Assembly (NCBI GenBank): GCA_030704615.1
Contig: CM060731.1
Location: forward strand, 14,818,001-14,882,000
Length of the DNA stretch: 64,000 nucleotides
Source of the DNA: Takakia lepidozioides
Taxonomy: Eukaryota; Plantae; Bryophyta
Direction: 5' to 3'
The notes beneath the pieces were generated by a model. That model did not search any database. It was not told the DNA's origin and saw nothing but the letters and a program-made list of their open reading frames with translations. Shown one piece after another: positions 38,343 through 49,470 of the stretch. The first letter of the stretch is position 1. Each line of letters starts with the position of its first letter. Position numbers and translations under genes: made by a program.

Positions 38343-38625
38343 CGAGGAGTAGTGGGAGTGGATAGTGGGAGTGGATACAACCATGGAAGGCTAACAAGAA
38401 ACGCAAGGCCCAGCTACTAGGTGACCTTGAACACACGAGGTCCTGGCTCAAGTTCACAGATTGCAAGACGGCGACTAACGATGGGGCTACTCTTGTACCC
38501 GGCCTCTTGGTCTATAGAGTTTGAGTGCAATAGGGGCAGTGATAGAGGACTTAGTACGGCTGTGGCTATTACATCTTGTAGCTATCTGGAGGTAGAGGGA
38601 CCTACCCACCAGCTATGGGGGCGAT

Positions 38626-39150
38626 TGTGACAGACTACTTTATTGTGCATATATATGTGGTGTGGTTTGGACAGCGATGTAGTTGTGTAGCGATACGTAT
38701 GCGCACGACAGCTGTCAAGTTAAATAAGCATAGTGTGAAAACAACTAGAATAAAGCTAGTTATTTGTATTTAACACTTGGATTTAGGTCAAGTGTTAAGT
38801 CAGGTGTCAAGTTTAGTTTGACACCTGAACCGTCTTATCTTCACGAGAGCGGCAGTCGCGCAGCTCATCTCTCTCGAGTTGAGCCTACGCGACCGAGCTC
38901 CTTCATCGTTTAGAACTGAGTGTACTTATGATGGGAGGATAGGTTGTTGTGGGGTGGAGTCCCCATAGCTTGGGGTGCCCCTGGCTCGACTATTATCTGA
39001 AAGAGTGATGATGAGATGGATTTCATGTTTCTTGTGTTAAGAGTGTGTTTCTAGTTTTCTATCATTGTGACAGACTACTTTATTGTGCATATATGTGTGG
39101 TGTGGTTTGGACAGCGATGTAGTTGTGTAGCAATACGTATGCGCACGACA
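38626..39150 (+). repeat. 3' LTR (A 38626-38710, gc, B 38713-39064) plus an extra copy of A (39066-39150)
   Basis: The two A copies are 85 bp each with 2 differences by eye; B matches 28194-28545. Confidence 0.92.
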
Positions 39151-39368
39151 TCCTTAACAAACCAGCCACAACAATCATGGTGCTTCTCAACTACTTCTCA
39201 AAATCTAGAGGGCATCTGAAATTCAAATATGATGTAACTGACAGCAAATGGATAGACATAAATTCGATTATTAGTTCAGTTACTATGAGATTTGATTTTG
39301 CTCAGAACCTTTATACTTTAAATGATGCTGATGCATCTACTTTGGATAAATTTGTTTCCAGCAAATAA
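39151..39368 (+). pseudogene. 3' part of an unknown ORF interrupted by the Gypsy insertion
   Basis: Removing the element and one TSD copy restores an open frame, ...RQPVDLLNKPATTIMVLLNYFSKSRGHLKFKYDV...; the 5' part (~27870-28193) is degenerate. Confidence 0.5.
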
Positions 39369-40411
39369 AAAAAATCATTACCCCGTATTTGTTTTTCAAA
39401 ATTTCAGGTTAATATAGGGTGTCCAATATTTGTTACCTGCTATAAAATATAAATAATATAGCCTACAAGAAAATATGTCATATTACAAAATTATGTAATA
39501 ATAGGGTGGCCAATAATTCAGAAATAAAATTAATACCCCCATAGAAAATGCCTATTTGCCTCACGTGCCTAGGAAACTAGATAGGGAGTGACCTCCCCGA
39601 GACCTGGGATCATCAAGGATTCATCTGCAGTAGTCCACCGCATGACATCTAAGTCTGGGCCGACCTCCCTCGGCCAAGTAGGTGGCGAGACCTCCGTGCC
39701 CGCCTTCACATCATCATCGACAGCCATGTCATCAACGTCTGTTTTATGGAAGCTGTCAGATATGTCCAGAGTTTCAACGAGAAGTTAACTGGAGACACCT
39801 CAAGCCTTCCTTGAAAACCTCGAGGCTTAATTACAGATATAACAACTCTACTATTAGAAGGTCAATGGCTCTCATTTAAGAGCTTAGAGAGGGCATAGCA
39901 TTAGTGGTAAGCAGTGGTAAGCCTTGTTTGGCTATCCATTACTCTGAGGCTTTGTAGTTATTGGTAGACTATTGAGACTTGTTCTCTGTTGTGGTATCGT
40001 AGTCAAACCCTCACATCGAGGGAGGATGTTTCTGCATACACTGATCACGGTGTTTGTGCCTTATGGTGTAATTAGGGTTTTAATTTTTTTTCCCCAAATA
40101 AATTTTTAATAAAATTCATCAGATCCTCTAACCCTTGTTCTGTAAATAAAATAAAATGTCATGATTGTCCAAATAATATTATTATTTCAGAGTTTTAGAG
40201 TTTGTTCATGTGATTTCATTTTAGATGCATGACAATTGATTCTTTAAACGATTACCATTCCATCCAATATACTATACATTTGTCATATATTAAACGTATG
40301 ACAACTACTACTATGTTGACTAAGTAGTCATCCATAATCCAAGACATTTAATATAATGCAACACATATAACGCATACAACACACTTTATATATATATATA
40401 TTCCAAGCATA

Positions 40412-41244
40412 TTTTTTTTTATTAATAAGGGTAAGGAAAAAATAACCTTACAAAAAGAGCCATAAGGCAGATGATAGAGGTACCACTCGTAGCCAAAAGA
40501 ACTATGAAGTTAAGAGACCACAGGAATCAAGAAACCACCAGCATGAATACAAGAACTCACTAAGTCTACAAGCCATTCAGCGAAAACCTGAGAAAGACTA
40601 CGAAAGTCTAACTACAAGTAATCTTGAAAGCTAACAGAGGAGGAGGAAAGGAATTAAGAGTTGCTTCGCTTCCTTTAGAGGCTCTCAAATGACAAATGAG
40701 TTTTTGATTTCCCCTTTCTGAGACTTCTTTTGCTTCTGCAAATGACTTCTTCTTCTTCAGCAGGTTGAGGGGAGCTTCTGACACTAACAGAGTTGCCAGC
40801 AGGGTCCTCCCATTGCACTCTGGAATCCGAAATTCGCCGGCAGAAAACCCCCCCTTTTCCCCAGGAATTGTCGAATGCAGAGAGGAGCTGGTTCCTCTTT
40901 CTGGTTCCACATTTTGGCAAGGCAGTAACAATTGTCAACCAACACTTACGAGCTTCAGACATCAAGTTTGAGTGAGCCATATGCAAGGTTTTCTGAAGAC
41001 AGGGCATTGCATTTTGAAATACCATAGAACACCTACTCTTCCAGATTTGCCACAGAATTGTACCCGTCAAAGACTCCCACACAGGGCATGAACGGAATGT
41101 TAGGCCGTCTTTAATATTAAAAAAAAAACAGCAGAGGCTGAGAAAGGAAAGATTAGAATTCCAGTTAGCGTAAAGAGTTAGCGTATATATATGTATAAAG
41201 AAAGGGGATGGTCCAAGCCCTGTAGTTTTATAGCCAAGGGACAA
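40412..41244 (-). mobile_element. L1-type LINE 3' fragment
   Basis: ILWQIWKSRCSMVF motif of plant L1 ORF2 C-termini; aataaa/poly-A tail at ~40412-40425. Confidence 0.65.
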
Positions 41245-43061
41245 AAGCCTGAAAGGTACATTGAGGAAAAAATAACCTCATAAAAGTGCCATAGAAGCAA
41301 AAAAATGTTTTTTTGGCTATTAGCTCCTAGTGCAAAATGGCCATGAGTTTAAGTAATAAGTTAATACATTAGTTATTAATAATATGAGCAAATATATTAG
41401 AAACTATCGAAATACAAAAAGATTCTGCCACTGCCAAAATAATTAAGGTAGTTTGTAATTATTTTAACTGTAATAAAGATATTAAACATAACCAAATCTG
41501 ACACGTTTGTTTGCAAATATGTTGGAATAAAAAAAATAATGAAGACATTGACATGTATTTTAGCGGCCATGAGTTTTACTAGAATTTATAGATTAGATTA
41601 TTGCTTAATGTTGGGAACTATACAAATGTAACCAACTGAATAATGAGGCAACTAATCTGGAATTATTTGACACATACACAACCTACGGCATTTCAGTTTT
41701 TCTGAAAATGTATGGGAGGAGTTCTAAAATCATTAATTAAGACGTGAATCTAGAACGCCAGTATTTTCTTATTTTTCTCTAATATTAAGTTTAACATATC
41801 ATGTCCGGGATCATGACTCGGATGCTAACCAATAAATTATGGCTTCACTCATTTATGAGTAACGGTTTGTTGTATGCTTATGGTAGATTTGGAGTTGCAG
41901 TTGATTGTAAGTTGATGTTTAGTGCTGATTCATTAGTTAGTTCACTAGTAAAGATTTCAAAAGCACAGCTGCATGATGCTAGCTATCCATCTATCTCGCT
42001 ATACTCTAGGATTTTTGGGACTTGATGAAGGCAACTGCAGGGAGAGTGGCCAAGCCTATAGAAATTCCACAAACAGGGGAGCTCGCAGGGGAGCTGCTCG
42101 GAGGTGTTGCTGAGCAGCTCATAGACGCACAAAAACGAACGTAATCTGGTGTTATTCCTTCATGTATCATGTGAGCACAAATGTCCCGCCGAGGTCCTGC
42201 CGACATAGTGTTCTCAAATTCTCATGTCCTCGCTGACCGCTGCCGTGGCTCCGGCGTAGTCTGGTAAGTAGTTTGTTTCCAACACTCTCTCTCTTCCTGT
42301 GTCTGCGAACCCCCAATCCTAACGTATTTACGTTCGTCGAAAAGAGGCAACCTGACCTGTCTAGCTTGGACTCATTCCAAACTCATGCGTGCATGGAAAG
42401 TTCAGGCTTTCCTGGTGTTGTTTCCGGACACCAATGGTGCAGTTGTAAAGACAATCTCTTTCATTTACAAAGTTTACTGGTTCTCTTGTTGAGCTCAAGA
42501 AGTAACAATTTGACGACTTGTTAATGATTTCACATCTGATCTCCATCTGATAACGGAGACCTTGAAGGTTTAAACAACTGCTCCGAACATTTATGAACTC
42601 CTCTAATTTAACTCTGTCCCTTTGTTTGTATCGCAGCTGTTTTTCAGGTGGATTTCATCAATCCAAGTGATATCCGTAGGCTCACATGTGCACAAAAATG
42701 TCAATACTTTAGGAAAGATACGAGGGCTGTAGTGTAGATGTAAGTAATTTCCCACGATACTATGAAGTAGACATAATAAACATGAGCACTGTGCTCGAAA
42801 AATTTGGATATCTTTCAAGTGTTATGTACCTAACTCATACTCGATTTAGGGTAATCCAATGCAATCTTAGTTATCACTCTTGACGTGATGTGGCGCTAAC
42901 ACGTCGGCTGTCACGTCACGTCGAATCCGGAGGTTTACACATATAAGTTTTTTTACATTTGACTTTTACGATTTACTTCTACCATTTCTAATGACATAGC
43001 AGCCACGGTGTAAAACAGACATGACCAATTATTAATATTTATTAATTCATTTTAAAAAATA

Positions 43062-44080
43062 CGTCCGCCTATATTGGCGGTCGCTTACAATTTTATATTT
43101 ATTAAATCAAACGACCGCCCATATTGGCGGTCGCTTGTAATTTAATATTTTGTTAAATTGAGCGACCGCCTATATTGGCAGTCGTCGGTTATTTATTAAT
43201 TTATAAATGAAGTGACCGCCCATATTGGCAGTCGCTTGTATTTTTTTATATTTTAAAATAAGCGACCGCCTATATTGGCGGTTGCTTGAAGTTTATTATG
43301 TTTTAAATTAAGCGACCGCCTGGATTGGCGGTCGCTTGCAGTTTATTATATTATTATTATTATTATATTTTTAATATATTTTGTAAAAATATGGCGGTTG
43401 CTCTTTTTTCTATTTAAATTTAGCATTCGCCATTTAGCGGCGGTCGCTTATTTTATTTTATTTTAAATAAAGCGATATTTTTATTAATAAAAAATGTAGT
43501 GACTGCCAATTGCCGGCAGTCGCTTATTTGATTTTGATTCTTAAATATAGTGACCGCCGTTTGGCGGTCGCTCAATTAATATATTTTAAAAAAATGCAGC
43601 GACCGCCATTTGGCGGCGGTCGTTTTTTATTTATTTTGAATCTTGAATTAAGCGACCGCCGTTTGGTTGTCGTTTATTAAATATATTTCTAAAAAATGCA
43701 GGGACCGCCATGGGGCGGTCGTTTTTTTATATTTTGAATCTCGAATTAAGCGACCGCCAAATGGCAGTCGCTTATTAAATAAAATGAAGCGACCGCCATG
43801 TGGCGGTCGCTTTTATTTTAATAAAAACTTTAGCGACCGCCATTTGGCAACTGTCGTTTTTTATTTATTAAGCGACTGCCAAACGGCGGTAGTTTATTTA
43901 ATATATTTTTAAAAAATGCAGCGACCGCCATGTTGCGGTCGCTCTTATTTTCTTTTAAAATATAGCGACCGCCATGTGGCGGTCGCTTTTATTTGTTTTT
44001 AAAATATAGCGACCGTCATGCGGCGGTCGCGTGTTTTTGTTTATTTTTGGAAATCCAGAGACCTGTCGTGTGGCGATCGT
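43062..44080. repeat. Array of ~20 GC-rich palindromes in AT-rich spacers
   Basis: Consensus agcgaccgcc-N4-6-ggcggtcgct at ~40-50-bp periodicity. Confidence 0.85.
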
Positions 44081-45216
44081 TTTGTTTTTTTTAATCATGA
44101 AGCGGCACCTAGCCAGCCACATGGCGAGGCCCCACGGGTCAAGAAAAACGAAACAAATGGGAGGGGGGGTGCAGGTGGTTTTGAACCCTTGACCTCTCCC
44201 ATGGGGGTGTGCGTGGTTGTAGCAGGATAGAATCTAGAAGGTTCTAGATGGAAGATGAAAGTTCCCTAGAAGTTTTCAGAATAATTAGGAAGGTTCCTAA
44301 GAAGTTTGACTTAAGGAATTTTGATTTGAGGCTCTCAAGTCAAACCTATTCATATTATGGAGAGTAGGTCAAATCTTTGATAAAGTCATTTTATGGAGAA
44401 TATGTCAAACCTAGGAAGGTTGACTTTAGAAAGTTTTGACTTGAGGCTCTCAAGTCAAACCTTTAAAATAATCATATTGTGAAGGGTATATAAACGTGCA
44501 ATGAAAGCCTAGAAGGCATCGAGTTGTTTTGGGAAAAAATTGAAAAGTATTTCTATTTTAGTTTGTGTAGATCTTGGGTGTCACAATGGTATCATAGCCA
44601 AGTTTTGCTTAAAGTTGGGAGTGAATACCCTCTTTAGGAGGATTCGATTAAGATGTTTTTTTAAGAGATTTTTGTTGTTAATAATTTTAAATGTTAAATA
44701 GATAGTAGTGATGGTGCATCATAACGATAGTATCAAAATTTTATGGACTTAAATCAACCATTTTTCTGTGATTTTCCTTCGGAGTGTGAGTTTAAAATTA
44801 TATGTCGTCGTAAGGCAGAAATTAGAGATATGATATTGGAGAGGAACAATATCAAGAAGTGTTAACGACATGTCGTCTTTCCTATAATTAGAAATTGGAA
44901 GGTATACATATGTGTATATACATAGTTCATGGATCGAGGTAGATATTTTCCACCTAATTTTCCACCGCCAAATGTATTTAGTATCAATGTGCGCGCCATC
45001 GACAAACATCATCTTGTAAGATTTTTAGTTGCAAAATTTGGAATAGAATTCATGAACCTTGTCATGAGTTCAAACGTCCCTTTTGTATTACCAATAGTCA
45101 CGTACGGGATGGTTTGGGATTGCACTATTTACAGACTGTATTATGATAAGAAAATAGAGATAATATACATTAATCTTAGAAGATAAACACCACGAAAGAA
45201 AGAGTAATGGAGGAAG

Positions 45217-46289
45217 ATGGCGGACAATGAAAAAATGATAGACAACGCACACACTACCCATCAAGCCAATGATCAGATGGTGTGGATAATGGAGCGCTTA
45301 CACGAATTGCATAATGCTCTTGTCACAACCCAACAACAAAACAACGTGTTGATGGAGGAGCTTAAACAAGTAAGACAATTAACCGCCCCGGGACTGGTTG
45401 CTAGTGGGTCGGATACGTTACTGCAAAAAATGACCAAGACATGCAAGGTCGAGCCGTCTAAAGGAAGTTGCGTCATGGGTGATGGATTTATCGAATGGAG
45501 GTACATCTGTCATATTTCCCTACATCAAGTGATTTGGACCACGGAATGTTCATACGATCTTTTCTACTCGACAATGCTTAAACATGGTTATAGACATGGG
45601 AGAGAAGTCAGATTGCAAAAGGAGAACTTTTATTATGGAGCACCTTGAAAGCGGGACTGCTCCAACAATTCAAGGCAGTAGATGCTGTTACAACTGCTCG
45701 AATGAAATTATGGAATTTAGAACAACGCGGGAGTGTGCAAAATTACATTGAAGATTTTTTGAATCTTCAGGTCCAAATCGAAGACGTGAGTCCTGCAGAA
45801 GCTTTAGACAACTTCAAAAGAGAATTGAAGAAAAAAATTCAAGGAGTGGTAATTTTACGCAACTCGGTTGATGTCCACGAAGCAATTTCATTGGCCCAAA
45901 AGATTGAGGGGACGCTACCAAGATACGACAAAGGTATATACGTTCTATTGAACCAGTACGGACCAACGCCTATGGAGCTTGGAAATCTTCGAAGACGGGA
46001 TAACTTCCAATACTCTCAAAGAAATAGGTCGGGAATCAGATATGGGGAAGATAACACACAATGGCAAATAAAATTGAATGACAAGGATGTGACCTCCTCA
46101 ACATTCTCACGAACAGAAGGACAAAGGGAAACTAGACAATGTTACAACTGTGGAAAATTCGGACATCTTGCGGCCAACTGCCGAAGTGGAAGGTACAATC
46201 GACAAACTTATCGAAGACCTCTTAACAGTTTAAGGAGAGGAGAAGATAACGAACATCACAATGAGCAGGAAAACGAGGACAACCAGTAA
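45217..46289 (+). pseudogene. Chromovirus gag (frameshifted) with CCHC knuckle
   Basis: LEQRGSVQNYIEDF, GPTPMELG, CYNCGKFGHLAANC. Confidence 0.85.
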
Positions 46290-47707
46290 GTAGACCTCGC
46301 GGTCTTACTGGTTTTACAAAGAAGAGGAAAAGTGAGGGGCTCTACAAGGAGAAGAGACAAATCAATCATGCGGGCAAGAAAGAGACGCAGTTAATTGTGG
46401 CAGATGGAACCTTGGAAGGTATTCATGTGAGAGTGTTGATAGACCCTGGGGCAACATAAAACTTCTTATTTAGAAAGGCTGCCTTGAAACTAGGACTCCC
46501 CTTAGAAAAAGATGAAAGAGAAGAAGTAGAAATGCCAAATGGACATACAGAGGCTATTGAGACATTACCTAAAAGCATAAAGTTGTCGATCGATAAATAT
46601 AGAGAAATCTTATAATGACGAGTGGTCAAACTGGCTCGATATGACGTAATATTAGGCATGCCTTAGATGGAATCTCACAACCCCGATGTTGATTGGCGTC
46701 GAAAGATAGTCAAAACCCAGAATTGGAAAATATGGTGAGATCGAGTGAGGACACCATATCGAAACCTACCATCATTTGTTATAGGTACTACAACTATATG
46801 TAAGAAAGACGTAATATTTGTAGGGCAAGAGCGTCATCCATAAAATAAGAAACACAAGGTCACAGGCAAGGCCGTGAACCGATTATTCTTCATTCATGTA
46901 AGTCATAGCTCCACGCACAAAACACGTGCGGACCAGGACAGACGGGAGGTCTCCCATCCCAATTAGCGATACACATCAGGCATAGCCAAATTAAATTGAG
47001 GGGTAAACATGTACAAGTTACAACAACCCACCAAAGCCATAAGAGAATGAGGGGTCTGACAGGAACAAACACAAATAGAAAGGCAAAGAGGATGGGAGGT
47101 TTCCCGTCCTTACTCACGCTCTCTAGTCTAAAAGAGTCTGACGGGTGTGATGACGAAACCAAAACATGCACATAGTCAGGTAGGGGAGATCTCCCGTGAT
47201 GATACCTCTCATATCGACATGAGTAATGAAATCCAAAACCGAACAAAGCCTACACAGAAACATAGAGCACAGCCATGGTATCCATCGCTCTGACATGAAA
47301 TGAATAAAAAACAATGAATCATTTGTATTCATAATTTGCGCTTAGAGAATAGCCTCATTGTCAATGTACATTATTTATAATATCCCAGTTGGTGGAAGAC
47401 TGTCACCCGGCTAGTAAGAACGGGTAGCGGATTCTACTCTCATCCCAGATCTCCCCATATGGACATTCCATTGCCCTGCATCTGTTTGAGGGCGTTGTGC
47501 TCGCGAACAGATCTCCTCCTCAGAAATACTCATATACCTGCAGAGACCCTCATGGCCTGTTGGTGTGGTATGTCCATCCTTCTTCTTGTCGGATGTTGAT
47601 TTCATACGACGCTTGGCCTTGACTTCCAGTCGATCCCGGTTTTTTGACTTTTACGACTAAAAATGAGTCGTTACCCCAGTGGTAAATGACACGAATGCTT
47701 CTAGTGA

Positions 47708-49470
47708 TACATCGTTGTCCAACATACATTCTAAGCACACAATCCTAGAAAGTTGTCACAATTGTAGTGATAATGAGAGTGAACACAAGTGAGAATGGAA
47801 GAGCTCGGAAAGCGGTCGTGGCAATAGGTAAATTCGATAAAGTGTATAGTGAGGGCCTGCGTTGGGTTGGTGGGGGGAGAAGCGTTTATGGGGAGTCCCT
47901 GATACAGCAGAATGTCTGGGCAGAGTCTGGCGGGGCATGTGCAAAACTCATGGGGTTGACATACACAGGTGAGGAGCCAGGGCGAGACCGTATGATCGGG
48001 GGGTGTTGTCACAATATTTGAGATAAAGAGATGGCGCTCCTTCTTCTAGCTCTATTCTCAAACTTTCAAACCTTTTGCTTCCACACATGCAAGACTCTCT
48101 CCTTGCAATACCTGCAAAGTCTTGTAACTCAAGAGCTCTCTCCTTGAGCTCTCCACTTCTTTGATGCAATGCAAAAACACTCTCCCTTGCAACACCTTGC
48201 AAGCCTTGTGAGATACTTGAGTTTTTCCTAGCTTTCTCACTCCTTGGTGTACACCAACACAAGTGCTAAGCTAATTCTTACACTCCACTCACAAGCATAA
48301 GGGCATCTTCTTGTAGTGATAATGAAAGTGAACACAATGGAAACACTCCACTCAATCACATAAACTGAGTCAAGCCAAGGGCACCCTTGCTAAAGGAATC
48401 CACCCTACGAAGCACTCAACACACTCCTTCTCAGTACCTAGAGCTATGGAGGTGAGAGAGGCTCATGGAGGTGAGAGAGGCTCATGGAGGCTCAACTACA
48501 AGAAGATGAGCCCTCCTCAACCCTCACAAGGGGAAAACCCCATCCCCATGTCCCAAGTGAGGCTTGACACCTCACTTGGCATATGAGACCAAATGAAGTC
48601 CCAACACACAAAATACAAATATAAATATCCAAAATGTCATAGTTAACTAGAAGTAGGTAATTCTAGTTAACCATGACTAAAACCATGACAACTGTCGTGC
48701 ACCTAAGCATCGTGTCACAACATACATCGTTGTCCAACATACATTCTAAGCACACAATCCTAGAAAGTTATGTCACAATTGCCCTCCTAGCTGGTGATTA
48801 GGTCCCTCTAACACCAGATAGTTAACAAGTATCAATCTCAATAAGATCATTGCTTGGTCTTCAATCGCACAAGTCCCAGTATCCGAAGTCGATAGATCAA
48901 GAGGTCGGGTGCAAAAGTAGCCCCATCGTTAGTTGTCTTCCTACAATCCATGGCTTTCACTAGGGTATCCATGATGTTGAACTCCCACTAACTAGACCTT
49001 GGGTCACTTGTCAACTCCACCATTGTCATGCCCGCTATTTATGTCCAAGGCATCGTGGACACAACCATTCTTCACTAGGAACCTCCTCAAGTGGCGGTGT
49101 CAAGCATCTTATGTGCCACCCCCTTGAGCATTTGTCACACACCAACATGGTCGCGGCACCACCAGCATGCCCACATAGCATGCAACGCAACCCTGCAGGT
49201 ACCACTGCAAGGTTAGGATCCATTCTCTCATCCACATGTGGAAGGTGACATGACGCATAATTACGCACATGGTCCTTCCATACCATGTCATCTCGACCCT
49301 CCAAAATCAACACTCCTGAAGGCAACACCTCCCGTACCCGTAGAATCATACGCCCTGTTGTGACATCCAAGATCGTAGGTGTTGTCTGCTGCATATACAC
49401 ATAGTCCCCAGGGTTGAATCTCCGAATACCTGGTCGATATCCGCCCCCACGATATCGCAATGTGTCTCGG
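47708..49470 (-). mobile_element. Remnant of a second Gypsy element related to the DNMT-bearing one: integrase C-terminus + PHD finger, PPT, LTR, self-priming PBS
   Basis: ORF 49035-49470 with CMLC...MLVCDKCSRGWHIRCLTPPL...WLCPRC (PHD). 3' UTR block actaacgatggggctact shared with 38474-38491. PPT 48778-48792; LTR 48777-48317; PBS ctacaagaagatg. Confidence 0.85.
47800..48012 (-). pseudogene. Fragment resembling a restriction-like (PD-D/ExK) endonuclease of non-LTR retrotransposons
   Basis: CTCPARLCPDILL...IHFIEFTYCHDRF. Confidence 0.45.

Larger units (their letters stand above)
28194..39150 (+). mobile_element. Ty3/Gypsy LTR retrotransposon carrying a C5 DNA methyltransferase; permuted LTRs; integrase core deleted
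   Basis: TG...CA ends; TSD tcct (28190-28193 / 39151-39154); gag-PR-DNMT-RT-RH-INT(HHCC) order; PPT agctatgggggcgat before 38626; repeated LTR segments. Confidence 0.93.

Noticed and set aside
28194-39150. DIRS/PAT/Ngaro tyrosine-recombinase element (split direct repeats plus methyltransferase)
   Set aside because: It has a protease, Gypsy-type RT/RH, an HHCC integrase domain, PPT and TSD. The MTase is C5-type and lies before RT, and no YR motif was seen.
43062-44080. CRISPR array
   Set aside because: Repeats are degenerate, spacers are low-complexity AT of variable length, and there is no leader or cas gene.
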